Below are positions 40,441 through 54,300 of a DNA stretch of 64,000 nt, piece by piece. The position numbers and the translations under genes are program-made. Below the pieces are notes generated by a model. It worked only from the letters and a program-made list of their open reading frames with translations. It did no database searches and was not told the DNA's origin. Origin of the DNA: Malacoraja senta (lineage: Eukaryota); assembly GCA_038087875.1 (NCBI GenBank), contig CM075992.1, forward strand, positions 6,078,001 through 6,142,000, given 5' to 3'. How positions within the stretch are numbered: position 1 is the first letter of the stretch; each line of letters opens with the position of its first letter.

Positions 40441-41511
40441 TCTATATAATTAAAAGTCTCATCTTGACCACTTCCAGTCTGTGCTGTATATTGATTTTAG
40501 AAAAAAAAACGCTACCCTATATTGCTATGATTTTTGGTCATCTTACTCACAGTCCTCCTCCACTGAGGCAGCCCCTAGGATTTTTCCGATCGATGAAAAA
40601 TAAAAAAGATATGAGTGTTTAAAAAATCTTGAGATCAGCTGATTGGTCCTCTCGCATGTCAATCACCACGATGAAGGTAACGCCCCTTCCGGGGGGGACG
40701 GCAGGACTATAAAACCCCGGATGCCTAGATGTGAGTCAGTCACTCTGAAATATCGCGAGGGAGAGGCCACAACTCTGATTCTGCTGTGAGTCTACTGAAC
40801 TGTGAGTCTACCCTTTATGTGGTTATGTGCTTTATGTGGTTAACTCTTTATGTGCTTGCAATAAATGATTTTTTTTTTAGCCAGCATTGTGCTTGCAATG
40901 AATGATGATTTGTTAACCCTTAATGTGTTTGCAATGAATGATTTGTTAGCCAGCAATGTGCTTGCAATGAATAATGACTTGTTAACCCTTAATGTGCTTG
41001 CAATAAATGATTTGTTAGCCCTTAATGAAATGAAATGAGTTGTTTGGCCTGCCCTGTGCTTGAAATGGAAATGGAAATGAAAATGAAATGAAATGAGTTG
41101 TTTGGCCTGCCCTGTGCTTTTGCTTTGGCTTTGCTTTGCTTGAGCTCACCTGAAATGAAAGCAAATGGATTGTATTGTTGGCTGGCCCCACCTGCCCTGT
41201 GCTTTTGCTTTTGCTTTGCCTTTGCTTTGCTTGAGCTCACCTGAAATGAAAGCAAATGGATTGTATTGTTGGCTGGCCCCGCCTGCCCTGTGCTTGACTT
41301 GACTTGAAATGGATTGACTTGACATCAAATGGATTGTTGGCCCTGCACTCACTGTCCTTGACTTGACTTGAACCACAACACGCATGCTAGCGCTCCAGAA
41401 CCCCCCCCCCCCCCCATTGGCCACCAATATTGGAATTGGTGGAGAAGTGGAATATTGCATTGGGGGATCAGCCCTCCTGTGTGAACCTGGGACCCAATGG
41501 GTCCCACTTAG
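40441..41511 (+). mobile_element. Non-autonomous Helitron-like element in the spacer
   Basis: A|TCTATATAATTAAAAG start, subterminal hairpin GGGACCCAATGGGTCCC then ACTTAG|T, internal tandem repeats, no TSD. Confidence 0.55.
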
Positions 41512-41628
41512 TATATATATATACCAAAAACTGCGCAAAACTCATCACGCATTCTTAGTGTCTATAAATTCAATATTGCTAGTGTTATCACCAGTAGAGT
41601 TAGCACCTCGCATTTTCCTTGCACATTC

Positions 41629-41940
41629 GGGCGGCACAGCGGCGCGGCGGGTAGAGCTGCTGCCTCACAGCAGAGACCCAGGTTCAATCCTGACCTCGGG
41701 TGCTGTTTGTGTGTGGATTTTGCACGCTCTGTCCGTCTGGGTTTCCTACGGCTGCTCTAGTTTCCTCCCACATCCCAAAGATGTGCCGGTCTGTAGGTGA
41801 GTTGGCCTCTGTAAATTTCCCCCTAGTGTGTAGGGAGATGATGAGAGAATGGGGCAACATAGAACTAGTGTGAATGGATGATCGATGGTTGGCGTGGACT
41901 TGGTGGGCCGAAGGGCCTGTTTCCACGCTGTGTCTTTCAA
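41629..41940 (+). mobile_element. HE1/V-SINE-like SINE
   Basis: Same head and tail as 23796. Confidence 0.8.
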
Positions 41941-42328
41941 TCAGTTCAAAGCACCATTGCTACACATGTGGCACTAGGGGCTGCTACCCCTTCCCTTGTT
42001 GGAGGGGAGTCCCCGCCAGACTCAGCCCCTCTCTGCCCAGCAGACTGGGGATTAAACCAGGAGAGCTGTCTTCCAGACTGGTACAACCACCAGCTGGTGT
42101 GCCCTCACTCACGCAACCGCACATTACAGTCAGTGTGCCTGGCTGCTCCGTCACCATCCCTAGGAGAACACGTACCAATTGCCAGGACTGTCGCTTTCAT
42201 CGTTGTGGATGCTGCTGTCACTGGTCATGGAGAGACAGGAGAGGTCAGGAGAATATTTTGGATGCCACTGCCAACATCCCCTCCTCAGCTGCTTCCAAAT
42301 ACCCGGTGCACGAAATGTCACCAGGTTT

Positions 42329-42655
42329 GGGCGGCACAGTGGCGCAGCTGGAGGAGACGCTGCCTCACAGCGCCAGACCCTGGTTCGATCCTGACCTCGG
42401 ATGCCCTGTGTGGAGATCGCACGTTCTCCATGTGACCACGTGGGTTTCCTCCGGGTGCTCCGGTTTCCTCCCACATCCCAAAGACGTGCAGGTTTATAGG
42501 TAAATTGGCCTCTGTAGATTGTCCCTGGTGTGTAGGGAGTGGATGAGAAATTGCGATAATAATGTATAACTTATGTTAACGGATAATCGATGGTCGGCAT
42601 GGACTCGGTGGGCTGAAGGTCCTGTTTCCATGCTGTATCTCTAAACTAAACTTTA
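42329..42655 (+). mobile_element. HE1/V-SINE-like SINE
   Basis: Same head and tail, (CTAAA)n end. Confidence 0.8.
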
Positions 42656-44199
42656 ATCTCTAAACCTTACTGTGTGGGGTTTCTCTGAGATCTTCGGTTT
42701 CCTCCCATACCCCAAAGACTCAGATCTGTAGGTTAATTGGCTTGGTATAAATGTAAATTGTCCCCAGTGTGTGTGGAATGGTGTTAATGTGCGGGGGATC
42801 GCTAATCGGTGTGGACTCGATTGGCCAAAGGGCCTGTTTCCACGCTGTAACTAAACTAAACTGATGCTCATCGTGGCACAAACAGCCATGTTCCTGTTGA
42901 ACTTCAGGGGGTGGGCACAAGACTGGAGATCCTGCCACAGAAATAAGAGTCCATGTTCTCTGTAAACAAGGTCATGCAGGTTTCCAATCCTCTCCAGACC
43001 CTGGGATTTCTGCGCAATTACGACCACGGCATGAACAATCTCTGCGACCACTCATTGTAGGATCTCCAGATACAAGCCATCAAGTTGTTGGGACTGACCA
43101 GCCTTTTGCCTGGCTTGTGGATATCATTGACTGTTCTGCGCCTCTCAGTGGTGACTCAAGGAAGTGCAGGTGCTGGGATCCTGAGCAACACACAGCGCTG
43201 AAGGAACTCAGCGGGTCAGGCAGCATCTGTGGAGCGAATGGGCAGACGAGGTTTTGTGTTGAGACCCTTCCTTCAGACTGCTGAAACAAGTTGAAGAATG
43301 GTGCCGCGGTGCATTTGGAACAAGGAGTGTTCAATATAACCAGCAAATCTATCGTCTTTAGAATTTCAATGAAATCCTCCCTCATTCTTCAAAACTCAAA
43401 CAAATGTAAACCAAATTTTGACCTATTATGAAGAAGGGTCACACGCCTATCTACGTCCTCCAGAGATGCTGCCTGACCCGCTGAGTTACACCAGCACATT
43501 ATATTCCATACAAGATTGCAGCATCTGCAGTTCCCTGTGGCCAAGTCAGACCTAATCTCTCTTCAGGCTTGTCATGCCAGAGTCTGCTTCGTTACTTAAC
43601 ATTTCAGGTCAGTGACGCTTCAGAATGGGTGAATGGTCACCAATTTGAGGCCTTAACTATATTCCTCTCTCCACAGATGCTGCCTGCCCTGCTGAGCATT
43701 TAACTATTCTGTGATTTTACTTTACAGTAAAACATAAAACACTGGGGAGGAACTCATTGGGTCAGGCAGCATCTGTGGTGGGAATGGACAGGTGACGTTA
43801 CAGGTCACAGGATTTTAATATCTTATTTACACTTAAGCATTAGGCATTGCATTTGGCTTTGTAGATCCAATAATATTTATTTGTGTAGCTTGATTAAATG
43901 AATTTGAACAACAGTGCAGTGATTTCCAAACATAGGCTCCTTTGTAAATAAACCACATTATTGCAATAAGAAAAATCATTGAAGTATGTTTTACATACGC
44001 ATTGTTTTTAAATGAATAAAGCAAGAAGTTACGTTGGTTCTGTTCATGAAGGTTCACTCTCACAGAACGAGAACGGGAGAAGGTGTGATATTCGTTCCAT
44101 CGATACTGCATTGGGCTGTCAAAGAAAAGTTAAGATTGGCCTCAGATCCTGAGTGGTGTGTCTCTGCTGTAATTGTGCCACAAGTCTGTGTGATCGCGG

Positions 44200-44860
44200 A
44201 GTCTATTTGTGTTTGTGTGTGGGTCTGTGTGTTTGCGTGTCTGTGTGTGTGCAGGTCTGTTAGTGGTGGTCTGTGTGTGTGTGCATGTCTGTGTGTGTGT
44301 GCATGTCTGTGTGTGTGTGCGCGTGTCTGTGTGTGCGGGTCTGTTAGTGCTGGTCTGTGTGTGCGGGTCTGTTAGTGCTGGTCTGTGTGTGTGCTGGTCT
44401 TTGTTTTTGTGGGTCTGTGTGTGTGTCTGTACGTCGGGTCTGTGTGTGCGCGCGTGTCTGTGTGTGCGCTTGTCTGTGTGCATGCTGGTCTGTGTTTGTG
44501 CCGGTCTGTGTGAGAGTGTCTGCGAGTGTGTCTTTGTATATGTGCGTGTGCGGTTCTGTGTGTGTGCTTGTCTGCGTGCAGGTGTGTGTGTGTGTGTGTG
44601 TTGTGTGCGCATGTCTGTGTATGTGCATGTGTGTGTATGTCTGCGTGTGCGTCTGAGTATGTGCACATCTGTGAGTGTATGTGTCTATATGTACATGCAT
44701 GTGTGTGCATGTCTGTTTTTGTGTGTACCTTTGTGTACGCTATATGAATTGTGTACATGTCCACATTCTGTCCTGATCTGTTTTGCAGGTGTGTTGCATC
44801 TGTTAGTATGTGGTGTACACGTGTGTACATGATCTGTGTGTATCTGGACCGTGCACATGC
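44200..44860. repeat. Degenerate TG-rich simple repeat
   Basis: GTCTGTGTGT-type units. Confidence 0.9.
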
Positions 44861-45328
44861 ACCAGTCCATACTTGTGTTTGCAACATTTGGGATAAGGTC
44901 AATTCCAAATCTGGGCTGACGTTGACTTCAGATCAGATGCCAACAGTGATGTCCGAGTGTTGTCCGCACTGCCGAGTATCTCAGGGGGAATAACCCTGAA
45001 TAACGCAGGATGGTTGGGCAAAACTTGGAAAATGAGCTAAAGTCCAGAAATATATTTGTGGTCACATGCACAAAACCCAATGCTCATCCACACATTCCCT
45101 GATCAGCTCACTTTCAGACACTGCCTTACATTCTACAGTGTATTTTCACAAGCCCAGGATGAGCCAAATAACTGGAGGATCGAGCAGTCCTGAAACGTAA
45201 ATCTCCCACCACTGGAGCGCGACTTCAATCCATAATCTTCGGGATGGAAAGCAGAACGACAGTGAGAGAGCATGAAAGGAGGAAAATCCACTGAGATAAA
45301 TCTTGTCCTTGAGTCTTGAACCTTCCGC

Positions 45329-45346
45329 TTATAACGTTTTATAAGT
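45329..45346 (-). CDS. Copy B putative terminal exon, coding part (TYKTL-stop)
   Basis: Same acceptor as 38862; ACT TAT AAA ACG TTA TAA. Confidence 0.55.
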   Translation of the reverse strand, partial: TYKTL

Positions 45347-48300
45347 CTGGATAAAACAAAATGAGATTGCAATGACTTGTCTCGTTCTTAGCAACACACA
45401 GTTGAGACCAACCTCATGGACCTCATGAAACCTGATGCATTTCCCTTTCCCCCGACTCTGTCTGAGGAAGGATCTCGACCCGAAACATCACTTATTCCTT
45501 CTCTCCAGATATGCTGCCTGTCCCGCTGAGTTACTCCAGCTTTTTGTGTCTATCATGGACCTAAGGATCCTCTGTTCACGCTGCTTGTTGATCTACCAGA
45601 GTTTCCAGCCAGTGGTGACCGCCAGGATGTGATGGAGGGGGATTCGACAATGATAATGTGATTGAATGTCAGGGCTCAGTGGATGAATGTGGACTTGTTG
45701 GAGATGGCCACTGTAGGGCATCTTCTACTGGGAATCAACAACGGGTCAAAGAGATGTAATGCTGGGGCTTTATAAGGATGGATGTATTGCCGAGGCTTTA
45801 TAAGCCACTGGTCAGACCGCATCTGGAGTATTGCGAGCTGTTTTGGGCCCCATATCTGAGGAAGGATGTGCTGGCGTTGGAGAGGGTCCAGAGGAGGTTT
45901 ACGAGAATGATCCCAGGAATGGTTGGGCTAACATATGATGAGCATTTAACGGCACTGGGCCATAGCCTCAGAATAAAAGGACATACCTTTAGAAATGAGA
46001 TAAAGAATTTCTTTAGTCAGAGGGTGATGAATCTGGGGAATTCATTGCCATGGACGGCTGTGGAGGCCAACAATGCATATTTTTAAGCTGGAGATTGACC
46101 GATTCTTGATTAGTTTGATGTGAGATCATCGACCGGAGTCATTCTCTCACCACAGACGCTGCCTGACCTGCTGAGGATTTCTGTGTTTCCGGATAAAGCT
46201 CCTTACCTCAGTCGAGCTCATCTCAATCTGTGAGGATTCGGTGGTGAAACTCTTGTACTTTCTGGTCAACCATTTCCGACATTCAGCCGCCACCTTCAAC
46301 AAAATGGGAATATTTCAACCCATGGAGAAAACTTCCAACCGTTCAACGCGCTTTGTCCCAAAGTCAAGTGAGAGTTCACACTTATCCAGTGGCTTCTCCC
46401 GTTAGCATCTCCATGGGATCACTCACTCAGGAGCGAGTCTCCAAGATGCTACCTCTTCTTACCAGCTCCATTGGGGTTGGCCTGTCCACCATTTTCTCTC
46501 ACAGGGTCGTGGTTCTCTGCATCTCTCTTCAGTCACAGAGTTGTTCAGCAGAGAAACAGGCCCTTCGGCCCAACCTCTCCATGCTGACAATCAAGTAACC
46601 ATCAATACTGATCACATTTAACCGCACTTGGCCTGTAGCCTTCTATGCCTTGGCAATTCAAGTGTTTGTCTAAATGTTGTGAGAGTCTGTGTCTCCACAG
46701 CCCCTCAGGCAGTGGCTCCAAACTCCAACCCACTCTGAATGAAAACATTCTTCCTTATATCCATTCTAAACCATACCTTTAAACCTCTGCCCTCCGATAA
46801 CGGACATCTCTACTTGAGGGAGATTTAATACTATCCTTGCCCCTGATCATTTTGTACACCTCTCTCAGTCCCCCCCTCAGCCCTCTACGCCCCAAGGACA
46901 CAAACCCAGTCTCCGTCCATACCTGTGACTCTCCAGTCTGGGCAACGTGCTGGTGAATCTCCTCCGCTCCATCTCCAGAGCAATCATGTCATTTCTAGAC
47001 TGAGGTGACCACAACTGCAGACAATGTTCCAGACGTGGCCTAACCAATGCTTTATAAAGCTGCCCCATACTGTCCTCGCTCTTATATTCTTTGTCCCATC
47101 CAATGAAGATGGAGTGGGAGCAGGCTCTTGGAAAACTTTCCCAGAGAGATGGAGAGCTGGATCAGGATGGGGTGAAGGGTGATCGAGGGTGGATGGGAAC
47201 GAAGGTGGGAGATCACAATCAGACCAGCCTGGTCTTATAAATGGTGGAGGGAATGTGAAGGAGCAAGTGGGCGATTCTTGCTCCCAGTCCGTGGGTCATT
47301 GAAAGACGGCGTCAACATTGACCATAGCCGTGTCAGAGTGCAAAGAGCAGCATCATAGGAGGGAAGGTTTATTTGCGGAGGTTCTCCTCACCTGGCGGTT
47401 GAAGACGCAGTAAATGAGGAAAACAAACAGCCCCTGCAGACTGTTGATGATGGTGAACAAGTAGGACAACACAATGGTGCTCTCATCCACCTGGAATATT
47501 CCCAAGATCCAGGTGCTTCCCAAAACAAGCATCCGTGCGGCAGCCTTGAGGGTCAGGGTTCTGTGCACAAGGAGGGAAGAGAGCAGGTCAATGGGAACAT
47601 TGTCATGAAGAAACTCCTTCCATGTGGGATCTCTCACACTCTCGGGGCATTCTGAACACCCAACAGCAAGTTATAAAATCAGTGCATCTTTCATATAATC
47701 ACCTGATTGGCGCAGATATTGTGGGCCGAAGGGCCTGTTCCGAACATCATCATGCAGAAATTGATCCTGACTTAAGGGGCGGCACAATGGTGCAGCAGGT
47801 AGAGCTGCTGCCACCCAGCGCCAGAGACTCGGGTTTGATCCTGACCTTGGGTGCTGCCTGTGTGGAGTATGAACGTTCTCCCTGTGACCACGTGGGTTTC
47901 CTCCGGGTGCTCCGGTATCCTCCCACACCCCAAAGACGTGTGGGTTTAAAAGTTAATTGGAAATTGCCCCAAGTGTGCAGGGAGTGATGAGAAAGTGGGA
48001 TGACATAGAACTAGTGTGAATGGGTGATCAATGGTCAGCATGGAGTCGGTGGGCCGAAGGGCCTGGTTCCAAGCTGTATCTGTAAACTAATCCAGCTTCC
48101 CTCCCCACTTCCATTGTCACCATGATCAGAGATCAGCACCATGGACAGAGACCCACCCTGGGACCCTGCCGTCCCTCAGCCCACTCAGTCACCAGGGATC
48201 AGTTCAAATACAAGGGATGAAGATCTTGGGTAGAAAGGTCTGGTATTCTCAGGGTGGGGGAGGTCAAATGCTAGAGGGCATAGGTTTAAAGTGTAAGGGG

Positions 48301-51300
48301 GAAAGTGATACAATGATACAACAATGATACAATTTATTTGTTGTCATTTGAACCTCATTGAGGTTCAAACGAAATTTGGTTTAAGGGAGATTAGACCAAG
48401 AGGTACCTGTTGGGTCCCGTCACACACACCCTAACCACCCCGCAAACACACAGAGGGGGGGAGAGGGGGAGAGAGAGGAGAGGGGGGAGTGCAGGGGAGG
48501 GGGGAGTGCAGGGGGAGGGGGGAAGAGAGGGGAGGACGAGTGGTGGGGGGAGGGGAGAGGGTAAGGGGGAAGAGGGAATGGAGGGACGGGGAGAGAGATT
48601 AGGGGGGGAGAGGTGGAGGGAGCCGGGCGAGTGAGTGGGCTGCGAAAAGTGGAAAGAGCCCTGGAAGTGAGAGACAGAGTGAGAGTACAGGGCCCGACTC
48701 TCTGCATCTCTCGGAAAACCCGAAGCGGGCGGGGGGGACGTGACTGCTCGCTGCGCAGGCCACGAGGAGAAAGTTGTTCAAAATCAAGCCGGTGAGTTTA
48801 AGGGAGATTTGAGAGATATGCAAGCTGTTTTTACACAGTGATTGGTGCCTGGACTGCGCTGCCAGGACAGGAGGTGGCAGCAAATACCATGGTCATATTT
48901 AAGAGACATTCAGACAGGCTCTTGAACAGGCTGAGGATGGAGAGATGTGGACCACACGCAGGCAGATGGGATGAGTTGCAACGTTGATCGTGGTCAGCAC
49001 AGACATGATGGGCTGAAGGGCCTGTTGCTGTGCTGTACCGTTCTCGATGTTCTCTGCTCCACGTACCTGGTTTCTTTGAGCTTCGACACTTCCTTGTTGC
49101 GCGAGGCAAAATGTTTCCTCAGTAGGAAGAGCGTCCAAGCCAGCAGCACAGTGTTGACCTGGAGAGGGAGAGAAACAGAGTCTCCTGAGGCCGGCATCCG
49201 CCACATCCCACACGCAATTCCCTCCGGTGCCTCCGTCCTTCCAGCATGGTCCGGCCGTCACCGAGTTCCCCTTTCACTGCGGGTGGAGGTCCTGTGACTC
49301 GGGAACACCGCGCCAGGAGATGGGGGAATTATTCCCCCTGCTTTCACTGCCTCTTTCCTCCAGCCGGCCCAGAATCACAGAGCCCCGGCCCCCTCAACCT
49401 GCACCACGTCACCTCCTCAATGGGCAGGTATCCACAGCCCAGTCCCAGGCCTACTCAGTGTGAGATAGAAGGAGAGGCCAGGGAGGGCTTTAGATTAGAT
49501 TCAAACAAATTCAGAGGTTCAAACGAAATTTGGTTTCTGCAGTCATGCAAACAAGAAGAAGAACCAAGACACAACACAATTTACACAAACATCCATCACA
49601 GCGAATTCCTCCTCACTGTGATGGAAGGCAAAGTCTTATCTCTCCCCTGCACTCCCCATTCTCCCGATGTCAAAGTCAAAGCCCCCAGCGGGCGATGGTA
49701 AATAAGTCCCGCGGCCATTAAAGCTGCGCCGGGCGATGCAAGGCCGCGCTCCGGGTCTTGATGTTGGAGCCCCCGGCGGGCGCTAGCAAGTTCCGCGGCC
49801 ATTTAAAGACGCGACGGGCGATGTAAGGCCCCGCAACTCGGGCGGGAGAAGTCGCCGTTGCGGAAGCGAGCTCCCGATGTCACCGTCCACCGGGCCGGCG
49901 GCTGGAGCCTCCGAATCTCCGGGGTCGGGCCGCAGCAGTGCGCCACCACAGCTCTCCACGCTCTGAACTCGGCCAGCTCCACGATGGTGAGTAGTCCGCG
50001 GGCTCCGCGACTGGAGCGCCCAGGTCGTTCCGGCTGGAGGCCGCTCCACGGTGCTAGGCCCCAACGACAACGGAGACCCGCCAGAGAAAGGTCGGGTCTC
50101 CCGTGCAGGGAAAAGATTTTAAAAGTATCCCCCGCCCCCCCCCCCCCCACACATACCCAGTTTTAAAAAGCACTATACACTACACACTACACTCAAACAA
50201 GACAAAAAAATAAAAAAAGACAGACAGACTGCAGATGGGAACTTGCTTTAACAGAGAACATGGAACAGCACAGCACAGGAACAGGCCCTTCGGCCCACAA
50301 TGTCCATGCTGAACACGATGCCAAAATAAACTAATCACCTCTCTGTGCACATGAACCACATCCCTCCATTCCCCACATATCCATGTGCATATCTAAACAG
50401 TTCTTAAACACCACTACCATATCTGTCTCCACCACCACCCCTGGCAGCACGTTCCAGGTACCCACCACTCTGTGTAACAAAATTTACCCCTCACTTCTCT
50501 TTTACATTTATCCCCTCTCACCTTAAGCTATGTCCTCTAGTCTTTGACATCCCCACCTTGGGAAAAGGTTCTGACTGTCTACCCTATCTATCCCTCTCAT
50601 AATTCCATATACTTCTATCAGTTCTCCCCTCAACCTCTGGCATTCCAGGGATAACCATCCAAGTCTTTCCAACCTCCCCTTGTATCTAATCCCCTCTAAT
50701 GCAGGCAGCATTCTGGTGAACCATTGGGATGGAGTTGCCACCAGCTGCAAGCAGCGAAGCGTTTAGTGAAGTGTTGTTGGGTTGGGGGGAGTCACCAGGG
50801 AGAAGCTTACCACGATCACCAGGCAGACCGGCCCCAGGAAACTCCAGCGGACGGCCGACTCCAGGCTCAGCCAACAGCTGTGAGGAGGAAAGAGTTTTGT
50901 TACTGACTCACACTCGGCTCATGAAGTACTTGTGGAAGGCCCAGTGCTGTGAGCTGGCACTGACACACACAGGGTCACTGTTTTGTATAGTTTAGAGAGA
51001 CAACGCAGAAACAGGCCCTTCGGCCCACCGAGTCCGCACCGACCCGCAATCCCCATTCAATAACACTATCCTGCACACATTATGGATAATTTTACATTTA
51101 AAACCAAGCCAATTAACCTACAAAGCTGTACGTCTTTGGAGTTGTTAAGGATGAGGCGGAGATGACGATCTGCGGTGAATTCCCCCTCAGTATAGGTGGT
51201 TGGGAAAAGAGTCAGAGTTACTGAGAGAATAAGATGCAGGGTGATAAGGAGAGGGGCAATGGGACTGCTGGGGTCAGTCTGCTGGGAGCTTGCATGGATC

Positions 51301-54300
51301 CAATGGACCAAATGGCCTCTCACTGTAGGAATAAAGCAGCTGTAGAGCTGTGACATTTCCCTATCAGAGGCACAGAGTCATACAGCATGGAAACAGGCCA
51401 TTCGTCCCCACTTGCTCATGCTGACCAAGCTGCCCCATCTACCCTAGTCCCACGTGCCAGCATTTGGCCCGTATCTCACTGAAACATTCCTGTCCATAAG
51501 TTGTTACTCACTGATTTTCTGACACGTAGCCTTTGGGGTTTATTGCCGCGGAGGTAACGACTATCACAGCAGGCACGGCGTAGCTGGAAACGTAGAGGTA
51601 TCTTCGTTTGATGACGTGCGTGCGACTGTAGTTTGTGACGGTGAGGTGTCTGGACATGATGAAAAGCTGCAAACTCTCCAGGAACATCCAGACGAAGACG
51701 GCGAGGAAGAGGTAATGCAAACAGCCTGCAATCAGGCTGCACACCACCTAAAGACAATGGCAACAGCCAGGTTAGTGGGCAGCACTGGGTGGCAGCAGAG
51801 TGTCATAGACAGGCAGCAATGGTCAGATATGGTGGGCAGAGACACACACACACAGATACCCAGAGAAACTATCATCACTATACATGTGACTGGATATTAG
51901 GGTGGTACAATGGCGCAGTGGTAGAGTGGCTGCCTGCCTAGAGATCCTGTCTGTACGGAGTTTGTACATTCTTCCTGTGACCGCGTGGGTTTTCTCCGGG
52001 AGCTCCAGTTTCCTCCCGCACTCCAAAGACGTACAGGTTTGTAGGTTCATTGGTGAGGGTAAGAAAAGATTGTAAATTGTCCCGAGTGTGTAGGATAGTG
52101 TGTGGGGGTCGCTAGTCGGCGTAGATCTCTAAACTAAACTAAACCTAGTTTGGAATGATGAATTTAGAGTTCTGCAGGAGTTCCGGGTCTCAATATCTCC
52201 AGCAAGGTCTAGTAGTGTAAATAAATTTCTGTTGATCCCAGCAGCCAAGCAGAATGGGTCAATTGCTGGACTTGGACCCAGGACCTGAACTTCAATCCCA
52301 CCAATAATTAAATAAATCTGTAATTCAACCCAAGTCTATGATGAAAAGGTTGTGGAGGCTTTGGAGAGGGTGCAGAAGAGGTTCACCAGGAAGCTGCCTG
52401 GATTAGAGGGATTTGCCATAAGGTGAAGTTGAGCAAACGTATTATTTTCTCTGCAGCAATACTTGGAGGCTGAGGGGAGATCTGAGAGGAGTATGTGAAA
52501 TGATGAGAGGTGTAGATAAGGTCAAGATTGAGGAGAGGGCTGAGAATTTGAAGCTGCAGCTTGGATTTCTCACCTTGTGTTTAATCCGCATTCCTATCAG
52601 GAAGACGAACTGTGCCAGGAAGAGGGTGAAGCTCAGGTGCTTGTGGACGGTGGTGTTGGCGTTCCGGATGGAGCTGCAGTTGATAAAGATGGCGATGGAG
52701 GCGGCGAGGCACAGCAGAGAGATGATGAGGCAGATGTAGGTGATCACCTCCAAGTGCCGGTCATCCTGCAGTGGGCACAATGTGGGACACAACGTTCACA
52801 CCACAGCAGCGGCAGGGTCTCCAGGGACAACACGATGGAGTTTGGGCCTGGTTCCCTCGAGCGCTCGATCTCCGGGCCCCAACTCATCATGTTCTAGAAT
52901 GTCAACTATTAATGTCCATGGGCAACAGGCTGGAGCTCTGAGCCAGGTCTCCTTGAGTTCTAGATCTCCAGGCCCCAACTCATCATGTTCTAGAACGTCA
53001 ATAATCAATTCCCTCATGAACACCAACCCTGATGTGTGGGGCTCTGATACCCCTAGAATGTCCATTGACAACAGGCTTGAGGCCTGGACCTGGTCCCCTT
53101 GAGTTCTAGATCTACAGGCACCATCCCGTCATGTTCTAGAACAATGACCATCAATTCCTATGTGATCGAGAACCCTTGTCATCCTGATGTCCTGAGGCTC
53201 TGATACTCGCAGTGTCTCCAGGGACAACAGGCTGGAGCTTTGGGCCAGGCCCAGTCAACCTCTACAACACCATTCATTGTGTTCTAGAATGCTTCCCATT
53301 CAACCCCTCATTCAAGAACCCTTGAGTCCCATTTGCCCATATTTGGACCACATTTCTCTGTGCCTGTCCAAATGTTTTTTAAATGTTGCCATTGGACCTG
53401 TCTTAACTACTTTCACATACCAGCCACACACTGTGTGGAATAGCTGTCCCTCAGGTTCCCATTAATTGTTTCCCCTCTCACCTTCAACCCATGTCCCTCA
53501 GTTCATGATTCCTCTCCCGTAAGGTTGATTGTACTTGATTAAGGTACACAAATTATGAATTGGATGGGTGTAGATGAAGTGGATAATGAGAAACTTTATA
53601 CCACAGCACAGGCATGTAAAACCAGAGGGTATAGGCGTAGGGTAAAGGGTGTGAGATATGGGGAGGATTTGAGGAGGAATGATTTCACCCTGTGGGCGCC
53701 TGTGATCTGGGACACTCAGATTGAGTGGGTGGGAGAGACAGCTACCTCACAGCGCTCTAAGGTACGACTTAAATCACCAAGGTGTAGAAGGCAACAGACC
53801 AAGTAGCAGCATTATGTAGAAAGGAACTGCAGATGCTGATTTATACTGAAGATAGACACTGGAGATACTCGGCAGGTCAGGCAGCATCTCTGGAGAAAAA
53901 GGACGGGTGACGTTTAGGTTCGGGACCTTTATTCAGACTGAAGACTTCTTCAGTCTATCAAGTAGCAGATTTAACAGACACAAAAAGCTGGAGTAACTCA
54001 GCGGGACAGGCAGCATCTCTGGAGAGAAGGAATGGGTGACATTTCGGGTCGAGACCCTTCTTCAGACCAATAGATGCTTGAGGGTCAGCATGGACATGGT
54101 GGGCTGAAGGGTCTGTTTCAATGCTGTGTGTCTCCTTCACTCTGACTTGTTCCCCCTTCAGTTTTTCTGTTGAACGACCTCGTACCTTAGGATCAACAGG
54201 AGCCATTAAAATAGCAAAACTTGTGAGGTGGTCACACTGGCAGTCCACATGTGTCTGATTGAAACCATATGTTACACAACCCTCACGGGACCAGACACTT

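Noticed and set aside
40850..41370. Short repeats resembling a CRISPR array
   Set aside because: Eukaryotic context, no unique regular spacers, no cas genes; internal repeats of a transposon.
41874..42503. Long ORFs in the spacer
   Set aside because: They span SINE sequence and show no protein motif or splice support.
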